Assembly (NCBI GenBank): GCA_965218795.1
Contig: OZ244653.1
Location: 2,816,001 to 2,880,000 of the forward strand
Reading direction: 5' to 3'
Source of the DNA: a bacterium
GTDB lineage: Bacteria; UBA8248; JACPRG01; G963555815
DNA: 64,000 bases
The notes under the pieces were generated by a model. That model had not been told where the DNA came from, searched no databases, and saw nothing but the letters and a program-made list of their open reading frames with translations. Below are positions 1-10,289 of the stretch, one piece after another (position 1 is the stretch's first letter; each line of letters starts with the position of its first letter). A program made the translations under genes and the position numbers.

Positions 1-1843
1 GAGTGGTTCCGTCCGAGACGGTGTAAGTCCCGCGGCCGAGGATCGGTCCCCCGTAGAGACCCTCCGGCTTGATCACCCCCATCGCCAAGGCGCCGAAGCC
101 CACCGCCTTGTCCGGGGCGGATTTCGGGTAGACCTTGCCGTCCGCTACGACGATCTCGTCCCGGTCGACCTCGAATAGATGGACCGCCGCATCGGTGAGC
201 TGCTTCTTCACGTCGCGGGCGGCGAGGGCCACGGCGTTCCCGTCGAAGAACGTCGTCTTGCTCGCCGAGGTTTGCCAACCGTAAGGCGTGTAATCCGTGT
301 CGGTATGCTGGACGATGATATCGTCGGGCGCGCAGCCGAGCTCCTCCGCCGCGATTTGGCGGAGGATCGTGTGCGCCCCCTGTCCGTGCTCGACGGCGGC
401 CGTTTGCAGGAGAAGGGAGCCGTCCTCGTTCATCTTCAGGTTGGCCATGACCGACACTTGGTGGACGGTGAACTTGTACATGCAGGCGAGTCCGCGGCCG
501 CGCCGGATGGTGGGCCGGTCGGGTGGGTTTTCGCGCGGCTCCCAGCCGAGGGCCTCTTTCGCCTTATCGATGCATTCCTTCAAGCCGACGGCCTTGAGAG
601 GCTGGCCGGTGGGCGTCATGGAGCCCTCGCGGACGGTGTTCTTCTCCCGCAGTTCGTTCGGGTCCATACCGAGCGCTGCGGCGATCCGGTCGTTTTGCTG
701 CTCGTAGCAGAAGCAGACCTCGGAGACGCCGAACCCGCGGAAGGCGCCGGCGACGGGCTTGTTCGTGTAGACGGCGTAGGAATCGATGGCGACGTTCGGA
801 ATGTCATACGGACCGCTGGAGGCGTAGCCGGCGCTCCGGGCGACCGAGATTTCATAGTCGCCGAACGCGCCCGTGTCCCACAGGAGCCGGACTTGGCGGG
901 CTACGAAGGTCCCGTTTTTCTTGACGCCCGTCTTGTAATAACCGATGACCCGCTGTCTCACGAACCCGGCGACGAATTCCTCCTCCCGTGTGTGAACGAA
1001 CCGGACCGGCGCGCCGTCCGTGTGTACGGCGAGGGAGCCGGAAACAACCTCGTTGCACGCGCTGATCTTGCCTCCGAACGCGCCGCCGCAAAACGTGCCG
1101 ACAATCCGCACCTTGTTCATCGGAAGCGCGAGGGCGTTGGCCACCTGGCCGCGCGTCAGGTATGCGCCCTGGGTGGAGGACCAGATCGTGACCTTCCCCG
1201 AGGAGTCCACCTGGGCGACGGATGCGTGGGGCTCCATCGGGCAATGCTGGATCATCGGAATCTCATACCGGTCCTCGAAAACCTCATCGGATTCGAGGAA
1301 ACCTTTCTCGATGTCCCCGTGGCGGAGGCGGAAGTGGTTCGGAATGTTCGTATGGGGCACGGCTTTGAAGAAGGCGGCGGCGATTTCGTAGTTCCCGAGA
1401 TCGGGATGGATCAGGGGCGCGTCTTCCTTGATCCCCTCCTCGATGTCGAACACGGGCGGCAGATCCTCGTACTCCACGTCGATCAACTCCACGGCGTTGA
1501 GGGCCGCGGTTTCGTCCGAAGCCGCCACGGCCGCGATGGGTTGGCCGATGTATCGAACCCGGTCCCCCGCGTAGATGGTCTGATCCTTGAGATACGAGCC
1601 CCAATAAGAATCCGGAAAATCCGCTCCGGTGACGATGGCGCGTACCCCGGGAAGACTTTTCGCCCGGCTGATATCGAGCTTTTTGATGAGCGCGTGAGCC
1701 CGCGGGCTTCTGAGAACCTTTCCGGTCAACAGCCCCGGAAAATAGATGTCCGTCCCGAAGACCGCCCGCCCGGTCGCCTTCTCCAGAGTGTCCATCCGCT
1801 CCGTGCGCTGACCCACGTATTTCAGTTCAACACCTTCCGCCAT
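1..1843 (-). CDS. xanthine dehydrogenase family molybdopterin-binding subunit (partial, runs off left edge)
   Basis: Manual minus-strand translation from ATG at 1843 with GGAGG RBS: MAEGVELKYVGQRTERMDTLEKATGRAVFGTDIYFPGLLTGKVLRSPRAHALIK...; later GGAFGGK and AFRGFG motifs typical of XDH/CoxL large subunits. Absent from the ORF track because there is no stop in the window. Confidence 0.9.
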   Translation of the reverse strand, partial: MAEGVELKYVGQRTERMDTLEKATGRAVFGTDIYFPGLLTGKVLRSPRAHALIKKLDISRAKSLPGVRAIVTGADFPDSYWGSYLKDQTIYAGDRVRYIGQPIAAVAASDETAALNAVELIDVEYEDLPPVFDIEEGIKEDAPLIHPDLGNYEIAAAFFKAVPHTNIPNHFRLRHGDIEKGFLESDEVFEDRYEIPMIQHCPMEPHASVAQVDSSGKVTIWSSTQGAYLTRGQVANALALPMNKVRIVGTFCGGAFGGKISACNEVVSGSLAVHTDGAPVRFVHTREEEFVAGFVRQRVIGYYKTGVKKNGTFVARQVRLLWDTGAFGDYEISVARSAGYASSGPYDIPNVAIDSYAVYTNKPVAGAFRGFGVSEVCFCYEQQNDRIAAALGMDPNELREKNTVREGSMTPTGQPLKAVGLKECIDKAKEALGWEPRENPPDRPTIRRGRGLACMYKFTVHQVSVMANLKMNEDGSLLLQTAAVEHGQGAHTILRQIAAEELGCAPDDIIVQHTDTDYTPYGWQTSASKTTFFDGNAVALAARDVKKQLTDAAVHLFEVDRDEIVVADGKVYPKSAPDKAVGFGALAMGVIKPEGLYGGPILGRGTYTVSDGTT

Positions 1844-2026
1844 GGCTGACCTCCGCTCAATCAAATCGATCTCCGGCGTAGGACCGGCTCCATTCCAAGG
1901 CTTGGTTTTTTGATACAGCTACAGCATGATTTCGACCGCCATCTTACTGGAAGGGTCAATTTCAAGGCAACGAAGGGCCTTGAGAGATGCGTCGTCGTGT
2001 CTTCGGACGAAAGAAGCGGGGGGCGT

Positions 2027-3130
2027 TCATGCGCGTTGTGCGTCCGCCGCCGTCTTTCCCGGCGCATGCCTTCGGCCCCAGACGATTCGATAGCGGGTGT
2101 TGATCTCGCCCCCCAGCACAAAAAAGAGGATGAGTCCCTGAATGATGAACACCAGCGACACGGGCAGCTTCATATTGATTTGCAGGGCCTCCCCTCCGAC
2201 CAGCAAGCCGCCCAAAAGGATCGCCGCGACCAGCACGCCGATGGGATGCCGTTTCCCCAAAAAGGCGACAATGATGGCGGTGTATCCGTACCCCGGCGAG
2301 ATGCCCCGCATGAGACGGAACTGGATGCCGGCGACCTCGACCATTCCGGACAACCCGGCCAACGCCCCGGCGATCATCATCACGAGCACGATGTTTCGAT
2401 TGATCCGGATGCCCGCGTACCGGGCGGCCCGCGGGTTTTCTCCCGTGACCCGGACCTGGTATCCCCAGGTGCTTTTCTCCTGAAGGAAGTAGAGGATGAC
2501 AACGGCCGCCAGGGCATAGACGATCCCCCAGGTCAGACGCGTGTCCCCGAACGGGTAAAGCTGCGCCTCGTCGGGAAAAACGACGGTGATGGGAAAGTTC
2601 GACGGCGACCGCCAGGGTCCGTAGACCATGTGGGCCACCCAGAGAATGGCGATGTAGTTCATCATCAGGGTGGTGATGATTTCATTGACCCCGTGCCTGG
2701 CCTTGAGGTAGGCGGGGATGAGACCCCAGGCGGCGCCCGCCAGGAGGGCGGCCAGGAACATGGCGGTCAGAAGCAGCCAACTCGGCCATTGCAGGCCGGA
2801 AAGGGCGATTCCCGTGGCCGCCATCGCGCCGATGTGGAGCTGTCCTTCCGCCCCGATGTTCCAGAACAGCATGCGGAAGCTCAACATCACGCCGAGGCCG
2901 CACAACAGCAGCGGAGTCGCCTTCACCAGGGTTTCCGAAAACCCGATCCAACTGCCAAAGGCGTTCACGAACAATTCCCGGTAAGCGATGATTGGATTAC
3001 TCCCGACGAGGAGCAGGATGACGGCCCCCAGGATTAAGGCCGCAAGGACCGACGTGACCGGGACGGACCACTCCAGCCACTTGGATGGCTCCAAACGTCT
3101 TTCAAGCCTGGGAATCAATGGAAACGGCAT
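2027..3130 (-). CDS. nucleoside/purine ABC transporter permease (NupB/YufP-like)
   Basis: Hydrophobic 367 aa; WNIGAEGQ, VNEIITTLMMNYI, GYGYTAIIVAFLG motifs (BPD_transp_2). Confidence 0.9.
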   Translation of the reverse strand: MPFPLIPRLERRLEPSKWLEWSVPVTSVLAALILGAVILLLVGSNPIIAYRELFVNAFGSWIGFSETLVKATPLLLCGLGVMLSFRMLFWNIGAEGQLHIGAMAATGIALSGLQWPSWLLLTAMFLAALLAGAAWGLIPAYLKARHGVNEIITTLMMNYIAILWVAHMVYGPWRSPSNFPITVVFPDEAQLYPFGDTRLTWGIVYALAAVVILYFLQEKSTWGYQVRVTGENPRAARYAGIRINRNIVLVMMIAGALAGLSGMVEVAGIQFRLMRGISPGYGYTAIIVAFLGKRHPIGVLVAAILLGGLLVGGEALQINMKLPVSLVFIIQGLILFFVLGGEINTRYRIVWGRRHAPGKTAADAQRA

Positions 3131-3173
3131 CGGGTCGGCGTGCTCCGGAAGGCGCCTCCGGGTTCAGAAAGTA

Positions 3174-3222
3174 AAGGAGCGGACAGAGACTCCCCCTTCG
3201 GGATATTCCCCGTCCGCTCCTT
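3174..3222 (-). terminator. stem-loop downstream of BMP gene (terminator or mRNA stabiliser)
   Basis: 11-bp inverted repeat AAGGAGCGGAC...GTCCGCTCCTT between the BMP and permease genes, followed by TACTTTCT on the minus strand. Confidence 0.5.
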
Positions 3223-3236
3223 CGGTGACTTCAACG

Positions 3237-4334
3237 CTACTTCTTTTTGGGCAGTTGCCCTACGACGTTATCAACGAGGTAGTCGACCGTCCAGAGATCG
3301 CCTCCACTGGCCTTTGCGCCCGCGGCGATCACCGTCTTCCCCCCCTGGTCCTTGATCGGACCCACAAAGGGATAGAACTGACCCGCACGGATGTCCGCTT
3401 TTTTCGCGTTCACGCGCTCTTGCAGGGCCTTTGGCACAGCGGGGCCGAACGGCGCGAGATCGATGGCCTTCTCTTTCAATCCCCACCACTTGTTCCGGGG
3501 TTTCCAGGAACCTTTTCGGACCTGCTTTGCGGCCCAGATGTAGAAGGTGTGCCAGTTGTATACCGTGTCGGTCAGATGCCCTTTCGGAGCGAATTTGTGC
3601 ATTGGAGCGTTGTGGCCGATGGAGTACTTTCCGGCCGATTCCGCCGCCTGCATGGCTGCCGGCGAGTCCTGCCATTGCGCGACGACATCGACCCCCTGGG
3701 CCAACAAGGCCTTGCCCGCCTCAGCCTCCTTCGCGGGGTCGTACCAGGTGTTGATGAAGAGCACGTGGACCTTGGCGCTGGGGTTGACCGACTTTGCGCC
3801 CAGGGCGAAGGAATTGACGTTGCGGAGAACGAGAGGAATCGAGTGGGCGGCAACGTAACCGATCTTGTTGGCCTTGGTCATCTTGCCGGCGGTCATTCCT
3901 GTCAGATAGGAGACCTCGTACATCCGGCCGAAGAAGGCGCCCATGTTCTTTCCGGTCTTGTAGGCAGCGGCGTCTTCAAAGGCGATGTTCTTGTACCGAT
4001 TGCTGATGGAAATGAAGTCGTCCGTCCAGTTGAAGGCGGTTCCGATGATCAGGTCGAACTTCTGGCGGGCGAAGTTCCGCAAGACGCGCTGGACGTCCGC
4101 TTGTGGGACAGACTCCGCATATTTGACCTCGCTGACGTAAGGCTCCTTTTCGAGCTTCAGGCGGGCCTGGTTATGCTGGAAGGTCCAGCCGGCATCTCCA
4201 ATCGGCCCGAACAGCATGACCGCCACGCGGATCTTGTCCTTCATGGCCGCCACGCCTGCGGACGTCCAACCCAGGCCGAGGGCGAGCGCCAGCAACAGGG
4301 TCAACCCGGCTGTTCGTTTGATGAAACGTTTCAT
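3237..4334 (-). CDS. BMP family ABC transporter substrate-binding protein
   Basis: Signal peptide MKRFIKRTAGLTLLLALALG; GPIGDAGWTFQH, NSFALGA, NTWYDPAKE motifs; GAGGAGGG RBS upstream of ATG 4334. Confidence 0.9.
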   Translation of the reverse strand: MKRFIKRTAGLTLLLALALGLGWTSAGVAAMKDKIRVAVMLFGPIGDAGWTFQHNQARLKLEKEPYVSEVKYAESVPQADVQRVLRNFARQKFDLIIGTAFNWTDDFISISNRYKNIAFEDAAAYKTGKNMGAFFGRMYEVSYLTGMTAGKMTKANKIGYVAAHSIPLVLRNVNSFALGAKSVNPSAKVHVLFINTWYDPAKEAEAGKALLAQGVDVVAQWQDSPAAMQAAESAGKYSIGHNAPMHKFAPKGHLTDTVYNWHTFYIWAAKQVRKGSWKPRNKWWGLKEKAIDLAPFGPAVPKALQERVNAKKADIRAGQFYPFVGPIKDQGGKTVIAAGAKASGGDLWTVDYLVDNVVGQLPKKK

Positions 4335-4657
4335 GAAATTCCCTCCTCTTGAACCGATGTTCAAATCTCATCGCCGTTTGGGGCAATGAGTCGGACGTAT
4401 TGAAGAAATCGTCCTGGTCTCCCGCAGCGTCACTCGAGTGGTTGACGTTTGCCTTTTCCGGCATTTGAAAAGACCTTCGAATATTCTAAGAGGAGCGCGG
4501 TTCTGTTTGCAATAAGGACGGCCTGTCATCCAGAGACGATGATGAGGAATCGGATTGCCCGTCCATTGGGCTTTGCGGTATCCTCGTTCCCCAAGGCTCT
4601 CATTGTTTCCAGTGGGGAGTCCCTCGTCCGAACCATCCGAACGGGAGGAGGCTCAGC

Positions 4658-6205
4658 TTGCCAGCCACGGTCCCTCGGGTTGCCATGCGGGGAATCGTCA
4701 AACGATTTCCCGGCGTTCTGGCGAACGACCGCATCGATTTTTTCCTGGAACGTGGAGAAGTGCATACGCTTCTCGGTGAGAACGGCTCCGGGAAAACGAC
4801 CTTGATGAATATTCTGGCGGGAATCTACCAGCTCGATGAAGGCGTCATCGAGTTGGACGGCCGATCCATCGATATCCGATCGCCCAAAGACGCCATCTCG
4901 GCCGGACTCGGGATGGTGCATCAGCATTTCAAGCTCGTCCCGCCGCATTCCGTGGCTGAAAACATCATTTTGGGGATGCGCGACCATGGGTGGTTGCCGG
5001 ACCTGCGCGGTGTCGAGAGGAAGCTGGAAGAATTGGCCCGCCGTTATGGTATGGGAATGGACACTCGGGTGTACGCCTCCGATTTGTCCATCGGGGAACA
5101 GCAGCAGCTGGAAATCCTCAAGGCGCTGTATCGAGGCGCCGAAATCCTCATTCTGGACGAACCCACTTCGGTTTTGACGCCGCAGGAGTCGCGGGAGCTT
5201 TTCAACACCATACGCCATATGGTCTCCGACGGTCGTTCCGTGGTCTTCATCTCTCACAAGATGGAGGAGGTGATGGCCATATCCACCCGCATTACGGTGT
5301 TGCGGCAGGGCCGGGTGGTGGCCACCCGGCGGCCGGAAGAGACCGATGAGCGGGAGTTGGCCCGACTGATGGTCGGCCGGGATGTCCTCTTCCGTCCCCA
5401 TGTGGTGGAACGGCATCCGGGCGAGGTCGTTTTAGAGCTGAAGGGCGTCCACGCTGACAACGACCGACTGCTCCCGGCCCTCAAGGACATCTCCTTTCAG
5501 GTTCATGAGGGAGAAATTTTCGGAATCGCCGGCGTTGCAGGCAACGGGCAGCAGGAACTGGGGCAGGTCATCAATGGCCTCCGTTCCATCCGCGCCGGCC
5601 AGATTTTCATCCATCGCGAACCGGTTCACAACCTGCACCCGAGCGTGATCATCGAGGGGGGCGTTGCCTATGTCCCCGCGGACCGCTCGGGCGTGGGAAG
5701 CATTCCCGGTCTTCCGATCACCGATAATGCGATCCTGAAGCGGTTCCGGGAAAAGCGGTTTCACCGCAGGGGGTTCCAGAAAAAAGGGGAGGTGGCCGGC
5801 TTTGCCGACGAGCTCATCCGCCGGTTCGAAGTCGCCGCTCCCAACCGGTTGACGCGGGCCGGGCTGCTGTCCGGCGGAAATCTCCAAAAGCTGATCCTGG
5901 CACGGGAGCTTTCCGTGGTTCCGAAGCTGCTGGTGTCCGTCTATCCAACACGCGGTTTGGACGTTGGAGCAACGGAGTTCCTCCGGAATGCCCTATTGGA
6001 CGCATGTCAGGAGGGGACGGCCATTCTGTTGATCTCCGAGGACCTGGAAGAGTTGATCGAATTGAGCGACTGCATCGCGGTTCTTTACGGCGGTGAGGTG
6101 ATGGGAATCGTCAGGTCCTCGGAGATCGATGTGGAGACTCTGGGGCTGATGATGGCGGGCCGTCGGCTGGAAGAAGCGCGGCAGACATCGGCAAACAGCC
6201 CCTGA
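4658..6205 (+). CDS. nucleoside ABC transporter ATP-binding protein (NupA/YufO-like, two NBDs)
   Basis: GENGSGKTT Walker A, LILDEPT, FISHK, LSGGNLQK, PTRGLDVGA; GGAGGAGG RBS before TTG. Confidence 0.93.
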   Translation: MPATVPRVAMRGIVKRFPGVLANDRIDFFLERGEVHTLLGENGSGKTTLMNILAGIYQLDEGVIELDGRSIDIRSPKDAISAGLGMVHQHFKLVPPHSVAENIILGMRDHGWLPDLRGVERKLEELARRYGMGMDTRVYASDLSIGEQQQLEILKALYRGAEILILDEPTSVLTPQESRELFNTIRHMVSDGRSVVFISHKMEEVMAISTRITVLRQGRVVATRRPEETDERELARLMVGRDVLFRPHVVERHPGEVVLELKGVHADNDRLLPALKDISFQVHEGEIFGIAGVAGNGQQELGQVINGLRSIRAGQIFIHREPVHNLHPSVIIEGGVAYVPADRSGVGSIPGLPITDNAILKRFREKRFHRRGFQKKGEVAGFADELIRRFEVAAPNRLTRAGLLSGGNLQKLILARELSVVPKLLVSVYPTRGLDVGATEFLRNALLDACQEGTAILLISEDLEELIELSDCIAVLYGGEVMGIVRSSEIDVETLGLMMAGRRLEEARQTSANSP

Positions 6206-6221
6206 GACAGGAGCCCGACCT

Positions 6222-7157
6222 TTGGAGCTGCTGAACTTTCTGATTCCCGTACTGCAAGCAGCGGTCCGTTCGGGCACGCCGATTCTCTTTGCCACCGTAG
6301 GAGAGATCTACGCGGAGCGTTCCGGGATTTTGAACCTGGGCGTCGAAGGCATGATGCTGGTCGGAGCGCTGGCGGGTTTTGCGGCTGCCAACCTGACGGC
6401 GAGTCCGGTTCTCGCGATAATTCTGGCCATGATCGCCGGTGGATGCATGGGGATGGTTCATGCGTTTGTCTGCATCGGCCTGCGGGCGGATCAGATCGTC
6501 AGCGGACTGGCTCTGACCCTTTTGGGAACGGGATTGACGGGATTCTTGGGACGGGCCATGGTCGGCAGGACGGCCGCGGGATTTTCGCCCGTCCTGATTC
6601 CGGGCCTCAGCGAGATTCCGGTCCTCGGGCCCGTTCTGTTCAGCCACGACTTGCTGGTGTACATTGGATACATTCTGGTTCCGATTGCATGGTTCGTTCT
6701 GTATCGCACCCGTTTGGGACTGGCCATCCGGTCCGTGGGAGAAAGTCCGGACGCCTCCGATGCAAGCGGCGTCAGCGTCAGGGGGATTCGGTATGGCTGC
6801 ACCTTTTTCGGAGGAGCCATGGCGGGGCTCGGGGGCGCTTACCTTTCGCTGGCCTATACCACCATGTGGGTGGAGCAGATGTCCGGCGGGCGCGGATGGA
6901 TTGCCCTGGCCCTGGTCGTATTTGCCGGTTGGAACCCGATGAAGGCCTTGTGGGGCGCCTATCTGTTCGGAGGGGTCGATTCGCTCAGTTTGTATCTTCA
7001 GGCCGGCGGAGCGCAGGTCTCGGCCCATATCCTCATGATGCTGCCCTATATCGTGACCATTCTTGTGCTTTGGATAGCGACCCGTCGAGTCGTCCGGGCT
7101 CGGGTCGGAGCGCCGGCCGCTCTGGGATTGGCCTACTCGCGGGAGGAAAAGCGCTGA
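6222..7157 (+). CDS. nucleoside ABC transporter permease (NupC/YufQ-like)
   Basis: ERSGILNLGVEGMM, GRGWIALALV, LPYIVTI, PAALG motifs. Confidence 0.92.
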   Translation: MELLNFLIPVLQAAVRSGTPILFATVGEIYAERSGILNLGVEGMMLVGALAGFAAANLTASPVLAIILAMIAGGCMGMVHAFVCIGLRADQIVSGLALTLLGTGLTGFLGRAMVGRTAAGFSPVLIPGLSEIPVLGPVLFSHDLLVYIGYILVPIAWFVLYRTRLGLAIRSVGESPDASDASGVSVRGIRYGCTFFGGAMAGLGGAYLSLAYTTMWVEQMSGGRGWIALALVVFAGWNPMKALWGAYLFGGVDSLSLYLQAGGAQVSAHILMMLPYIVTILVLWIATRRVVRARVGAPAALGLAYSREEKR

Positions 7158-7195
7158 CTTCCGGTCTCTTTCGACAGGGCTGCAACTCATTCTAT

Positions 7196-7876
7196 GTGTA
7201 CGACCAGGCATCATTCCTCACAGGTTGGATAAACCTCTTGCCCGTGTCGATGGGTCGGCCGCCCATGTTGCGACAGCCCTGATGAGGACGCTCGCTGTTG
7301 TAGAACTCGACGAGGTGTCTTGACGAGGCGTCTTCAGGTAAGCGTTCAGGTCCTTCTCTCGCGGCCCGTCCGTGTTGCCTGGATTCCTGCTTGCGCAGGA
7401 ATGACGAACATGGGTCGCGTGACCTCTAACCCGGTCATTCCCGCCCTCGGCAAAGACATTCGAGGACAGGCCAGCGGGAATGACAAACGAGGCCCCCGTA
7501 CAACAGCCTGTCATTCCTGTGGAAGCGGGAATCCATGCGGTATGACCCCCGTTAGAAGCGTTCGGGAGCGGGAAGGACAAACGACTCAGCCAACCCTGGA
7601 TTCCCGCCTGCGCGGGAGTGACGGGTTGGGAATCCTTGTGGCGGGTGTGGAGGCGTCGCCCCTGCCGAATACATGCAGGGCAGGCCTCCGATACGCTGCC
7701 CAGAGCCTCGGCCAGTTGCAGTGGCGCTGAGTCGCTGCTCCGCAACCTTCTTCCCTGCCCTTGCCACGGCTCCTCCCCTCTGTTCCCCGACGAAGACATT
7801 CGAGGGCAGGCATCCGGGGGAGCTCGTTTCCCCTTTGCAAGATATCAATTGTTCGGAAGATGCCTGCGTTGTACAC
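7196..7876. mobile_element. MITE-like non-coding element with terminal inverted repeats, containing REP hairpins
   Basis: Left end GTGTACGACCAGGCATC (7196-7212); right end reverse-complements to GTGTACAACGCAGGCATC; no credible ORF inside. Confidence 0.45.
7380..7623. repeat. cluster of REP-like palindromes (GTCATTCCYGC...GCRGGAATCCA family)
   Basis: Copies at 7380-7406, 7434-7484, 7510-7535 and 7597-7623 in mixed orientations; sub-motif AAGACATTCGAGGRCAGGC at about 7453 and 7793. Confidence 0.8.
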
Positions 7877-8091
7877 TTTTCAGCATAGCGCCCCGAATGC
7901 TTTTTGCTCATGGGGTGATAGGCCCCGTGGCAGCCGCGCTTGAGCGTTGCCCGGAACGACTCGATGCCGAAGGAGATTCGCGTTTTTTGAGTATGCCGAC
8001 TTATATATAATAGAGAGTGAATCTCCGAAATTCGGCGATTTCGAGGGAGAGCGGCTTAATGAAAAGAGCGGGAACAGAGAGGAGAAACACA

Positions 8092-8781
8092 GTGAAGTCT
8101 GTCGTTCGAACTCTGGCTTCAGCGTTTTGTGTGATGGGTATGGTTGGTTCCTCTGCCGCTGCCTTGGATGAGAAGCTGGAGGCTCAGCGCTTGATTGATT
8201 TGGCGCGAGTGACCGTTGAAACGATCAGGCGCAACCCCGATTTCGAGAAAGTCAACCCCCTTCTCGATCAAGCCAAAGCGGCTCTGATCATCCCGAACTT
8301 CGTAAAAGCGGGTTTCATCTTCGGCGGACAGGCCGGATCCGGTGTGCTGTTAAGGCGGAAACATGGAACCGACGATTGGGGCTACCCGGCTTTTTACAAG
8401 ATTGGAGGAGGCAGCGTCGGGCTGCAGATCGGAGTGGAAAGCGCCGAGATATTGTTTCTCATCATGACGGAAAGCGGGCTGAATTCGCTGTTGACCAACA
8501 GGGTGAAGCTGGGGGCTGATATGAGCGTGGCGCTGGGGACACTCGGAGCAGGGCTCGAAGCCGGCAAAACGGCGGTATCCATCCTGACCGATGTGTACTC
8601 CTTCTCGGTGAGCAAAGGTGTTTTCGCCGGGATATCGTTCAGTGGGGCGGTGATCTTCCCCGATACGGACCGCAATCGAGCCTACTACGGCCGACCCGTG
8701 ACGGCGACAGAAATCGTCAAAGAAAGAGCCGTGAAGAATCCGTCCGCCGAATCCCTCCGAGAGGCCTTGGCCAGGCAGTAA
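8092..8781 (+). CDS. lipid-binding SYLF (Ysc84/DUF500) domain protein, secreted
   Basis: IIPNFVKAGFIFGGQAGSGV, GGGSVGLQIG, SKGVFAGISFSGA, NRAYYG motifs; signal peptide. Alternative start at 8059. Confidence 0.88.
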   Translation: MKSVVRTLASAFCVMGMVGSSAAALDEKLEAQRLIDLARVTVETIRRNPDFEKVNPLLDQAKAALIIPNFVKAGFIFGGQAGSGVLLRRKHGTDDWGYPAFYKIGGGSVGLQIGVESAEILFLIMTESGLNSLLTNRVKLGADMSVALGTLGAGLEAGKTAVSILTDVYSFSVSKGVFAGISFSGAVIFPDTDRNRAYYGRPVTATEIVKERAVKNPSAESLREALARQ

Positions 8782-8908
8782 TCAGCCTTCCTGACAGCGA
8801 TGCCATCGCGCCCGTTTTGTTTTGGATATACCGCTGCATACGGATGAGCTCCTCCACCCCGAGGCGCCTGACAAGTACGGGTTTTTCACCATTCCAGTCC
8901 AACTCCGT

Positions 8909-8938
8909 TTGACAGGTTTCCGAGTGTTTTGCTAAGTT
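8909..8938 (+). promoter_or_regulatory. candidate sigma70 promoter for the NMT1-like SBP gene
   Basis: TTGACA-N18-TAAGTT with extended -10 TG. Confidence 0.35.
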
Positions 8939-9048
8939 GGCCGCTCTCCCAAAAAGGAAGTGATTCGGAGCACGATTGCGCAAAACGGGTTCAGGGGGAC
9001 ACCTTTCATTCTGGGTTTCGACGGGAAGTCTATCGAGGAGGGAATGAC

Positions 9049-10086
9049 ATGAAGCGGTCAAAGATTGCGGTCCCGCTGGTTCTGGTCATGGGTTTATTCA
9101 TGCTGCTTCCAGGCAAGACGTCATACGCGGAGACCGTTCGTTTCGCGCTGGGGTGGGTTCCGTTCGGTCGAGACGCGGGGTGGTTTGCCGCGGTGGAAAA
9201 GGGTTATTTCGCCGCTGAAGGGCTGAAGGTCACCATCAATCGCGGGTTCGGCGGAGCAGACTCCGTGCAGAAGCTGGGCGCCGGTAAGTTCGACGTTGGG
9301 ATGACGGACCCGGGCAGCCTGATGCTGGGGCAGGCCCAGGGCATCAAGGTCAAGATGGTGGGCATGTACCACGATAAGGCGCCTTTCGTCCTCCGGTGGC
9401 TCGATCGCTCGGGAATCAAGTCTCTGAAAGATCTGGAGGGCAAGACCGTCGGGGCTCCGGCAGGGGATTCAAACCTCAAGCTCCTGCCGGCTCTACTGGG
9501 GTTGAACGGCGTTGATTTCAAAAAGGTCAAAGTGATCCATGTGTCCCCCGCGGCGAGAGAAAGCATGCTTGTATCGGGCAAGGTCAATGTCGTCACGGGT
9601 TTTCATATCCAACAACCCATGATCGACGTGATGGCGGGGAAGCAGGGGAAAAAGGTCAAGATGACCCTGTTCGCGGATCATGGGGTGGACGTTTACGGGT
9701 TCGGTGTCGCAGTGATGGAGAAATACGGCATGGAGAACGCCGGGACGCTCAGAAAGTTCATGCGCGCGGCGGTCAAGGGTATGGCCTATGGCGTCGAGCA
9801 CCCCGACGAAACAGTGAAAATGTGGTTGAAACATTATCCCCAGGGAGATCCGGCGACGAACCGACAGGTTTGGGACCTCACCATAGACGGCATGCTGACG
9901 CAGGAACAGATGAAGCTTGGAATCTGGCGGATGGAGCGCAAGAAGTGGGTCACGACGCGGGACATCCTGACCAAAGGCTATAACCTGAAAACCAAATTGC
10001 CGGTCAACGCGTTGTACACAAACGAATATCTGCCGACGATCATGGTGCCCAAACGCGGCCCCCGGACCATACCAAGACTGTGGTAA
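9049..10086 (+). CDS. ABC transporter substrate-binding protein, NMT1/THI5 (SsuA/TauA-like) family
   Basis: Signal peptide; AVEKGYFAAEGLKV, GIKSLKDLEGKTVG, LYTNEYL; GAGGAGG RBS. Confidence 0.85.
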   Translation: MKRSKIAVPLVLVMGLFMLLPGKTSYAETVRFALGWVPFGRDAGWFAAVEKGYFAAEGLKVTINRGFGGADSVQKLGAGKFDVGMTDPGSLMLGQAQGIKVKMVGMYHDKAPFVLRWLDRSGIKSLKDLEGKTVGAPAGDSNLKLLPALLGLNGVDFKKVKVIHVSPAARESMLVSGKVNVVTGFHIQQPMIDVMAGKQGKKVKMTLFADHGVDVYGFGVAVMEKYGMENAGTLRKFMRAAVKGMAYGVEHPDETVKMWLKHYPQGDPATNRQVWDLTIDGMLTQEQMKLGIWRMERKKWVTTRDILTKGYNLKTKLPVNALYTNEYLPTIMVPKRGPRTIPRLW

Positions 10087-10289
10087 TGGTTCTGAGAGGG
10101 TCGGATCCCAAGTCGAGCGGCTCCACAGCACCGCGAGGGCATCAGGAGCGAGCGATTCAGAGCGGGGCGAAAGTAAGGATGGCGCAGGACCGTTCAGGCC
10201 CCGGCTTGTCCTGGGTCGAAAAAGCAGGTCTGGCCGGACGTCCATCAGGACGGCCGACTCGAGTTGAACTTTCAGGGGGAGGAACCGAC

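Noticed and set aside
179-1849. 556-aa plus-strand ORF
   Set aside because: Antisense shadow of the minus-strand Mo-hydroxylase gene; no motifs.
4321-4334. Perfect palindrome ATGAAACGTTTCAT at the BMP start
   Set aside because: Lies within the first codons and has no second copy; could be an operator but is not supportable.
7380-7623. Possible CRISPR array
   Set aside because: Repeats are degenerate, in mixed orientation and irregularly spaced, with no cas genes; they fit REP elements.
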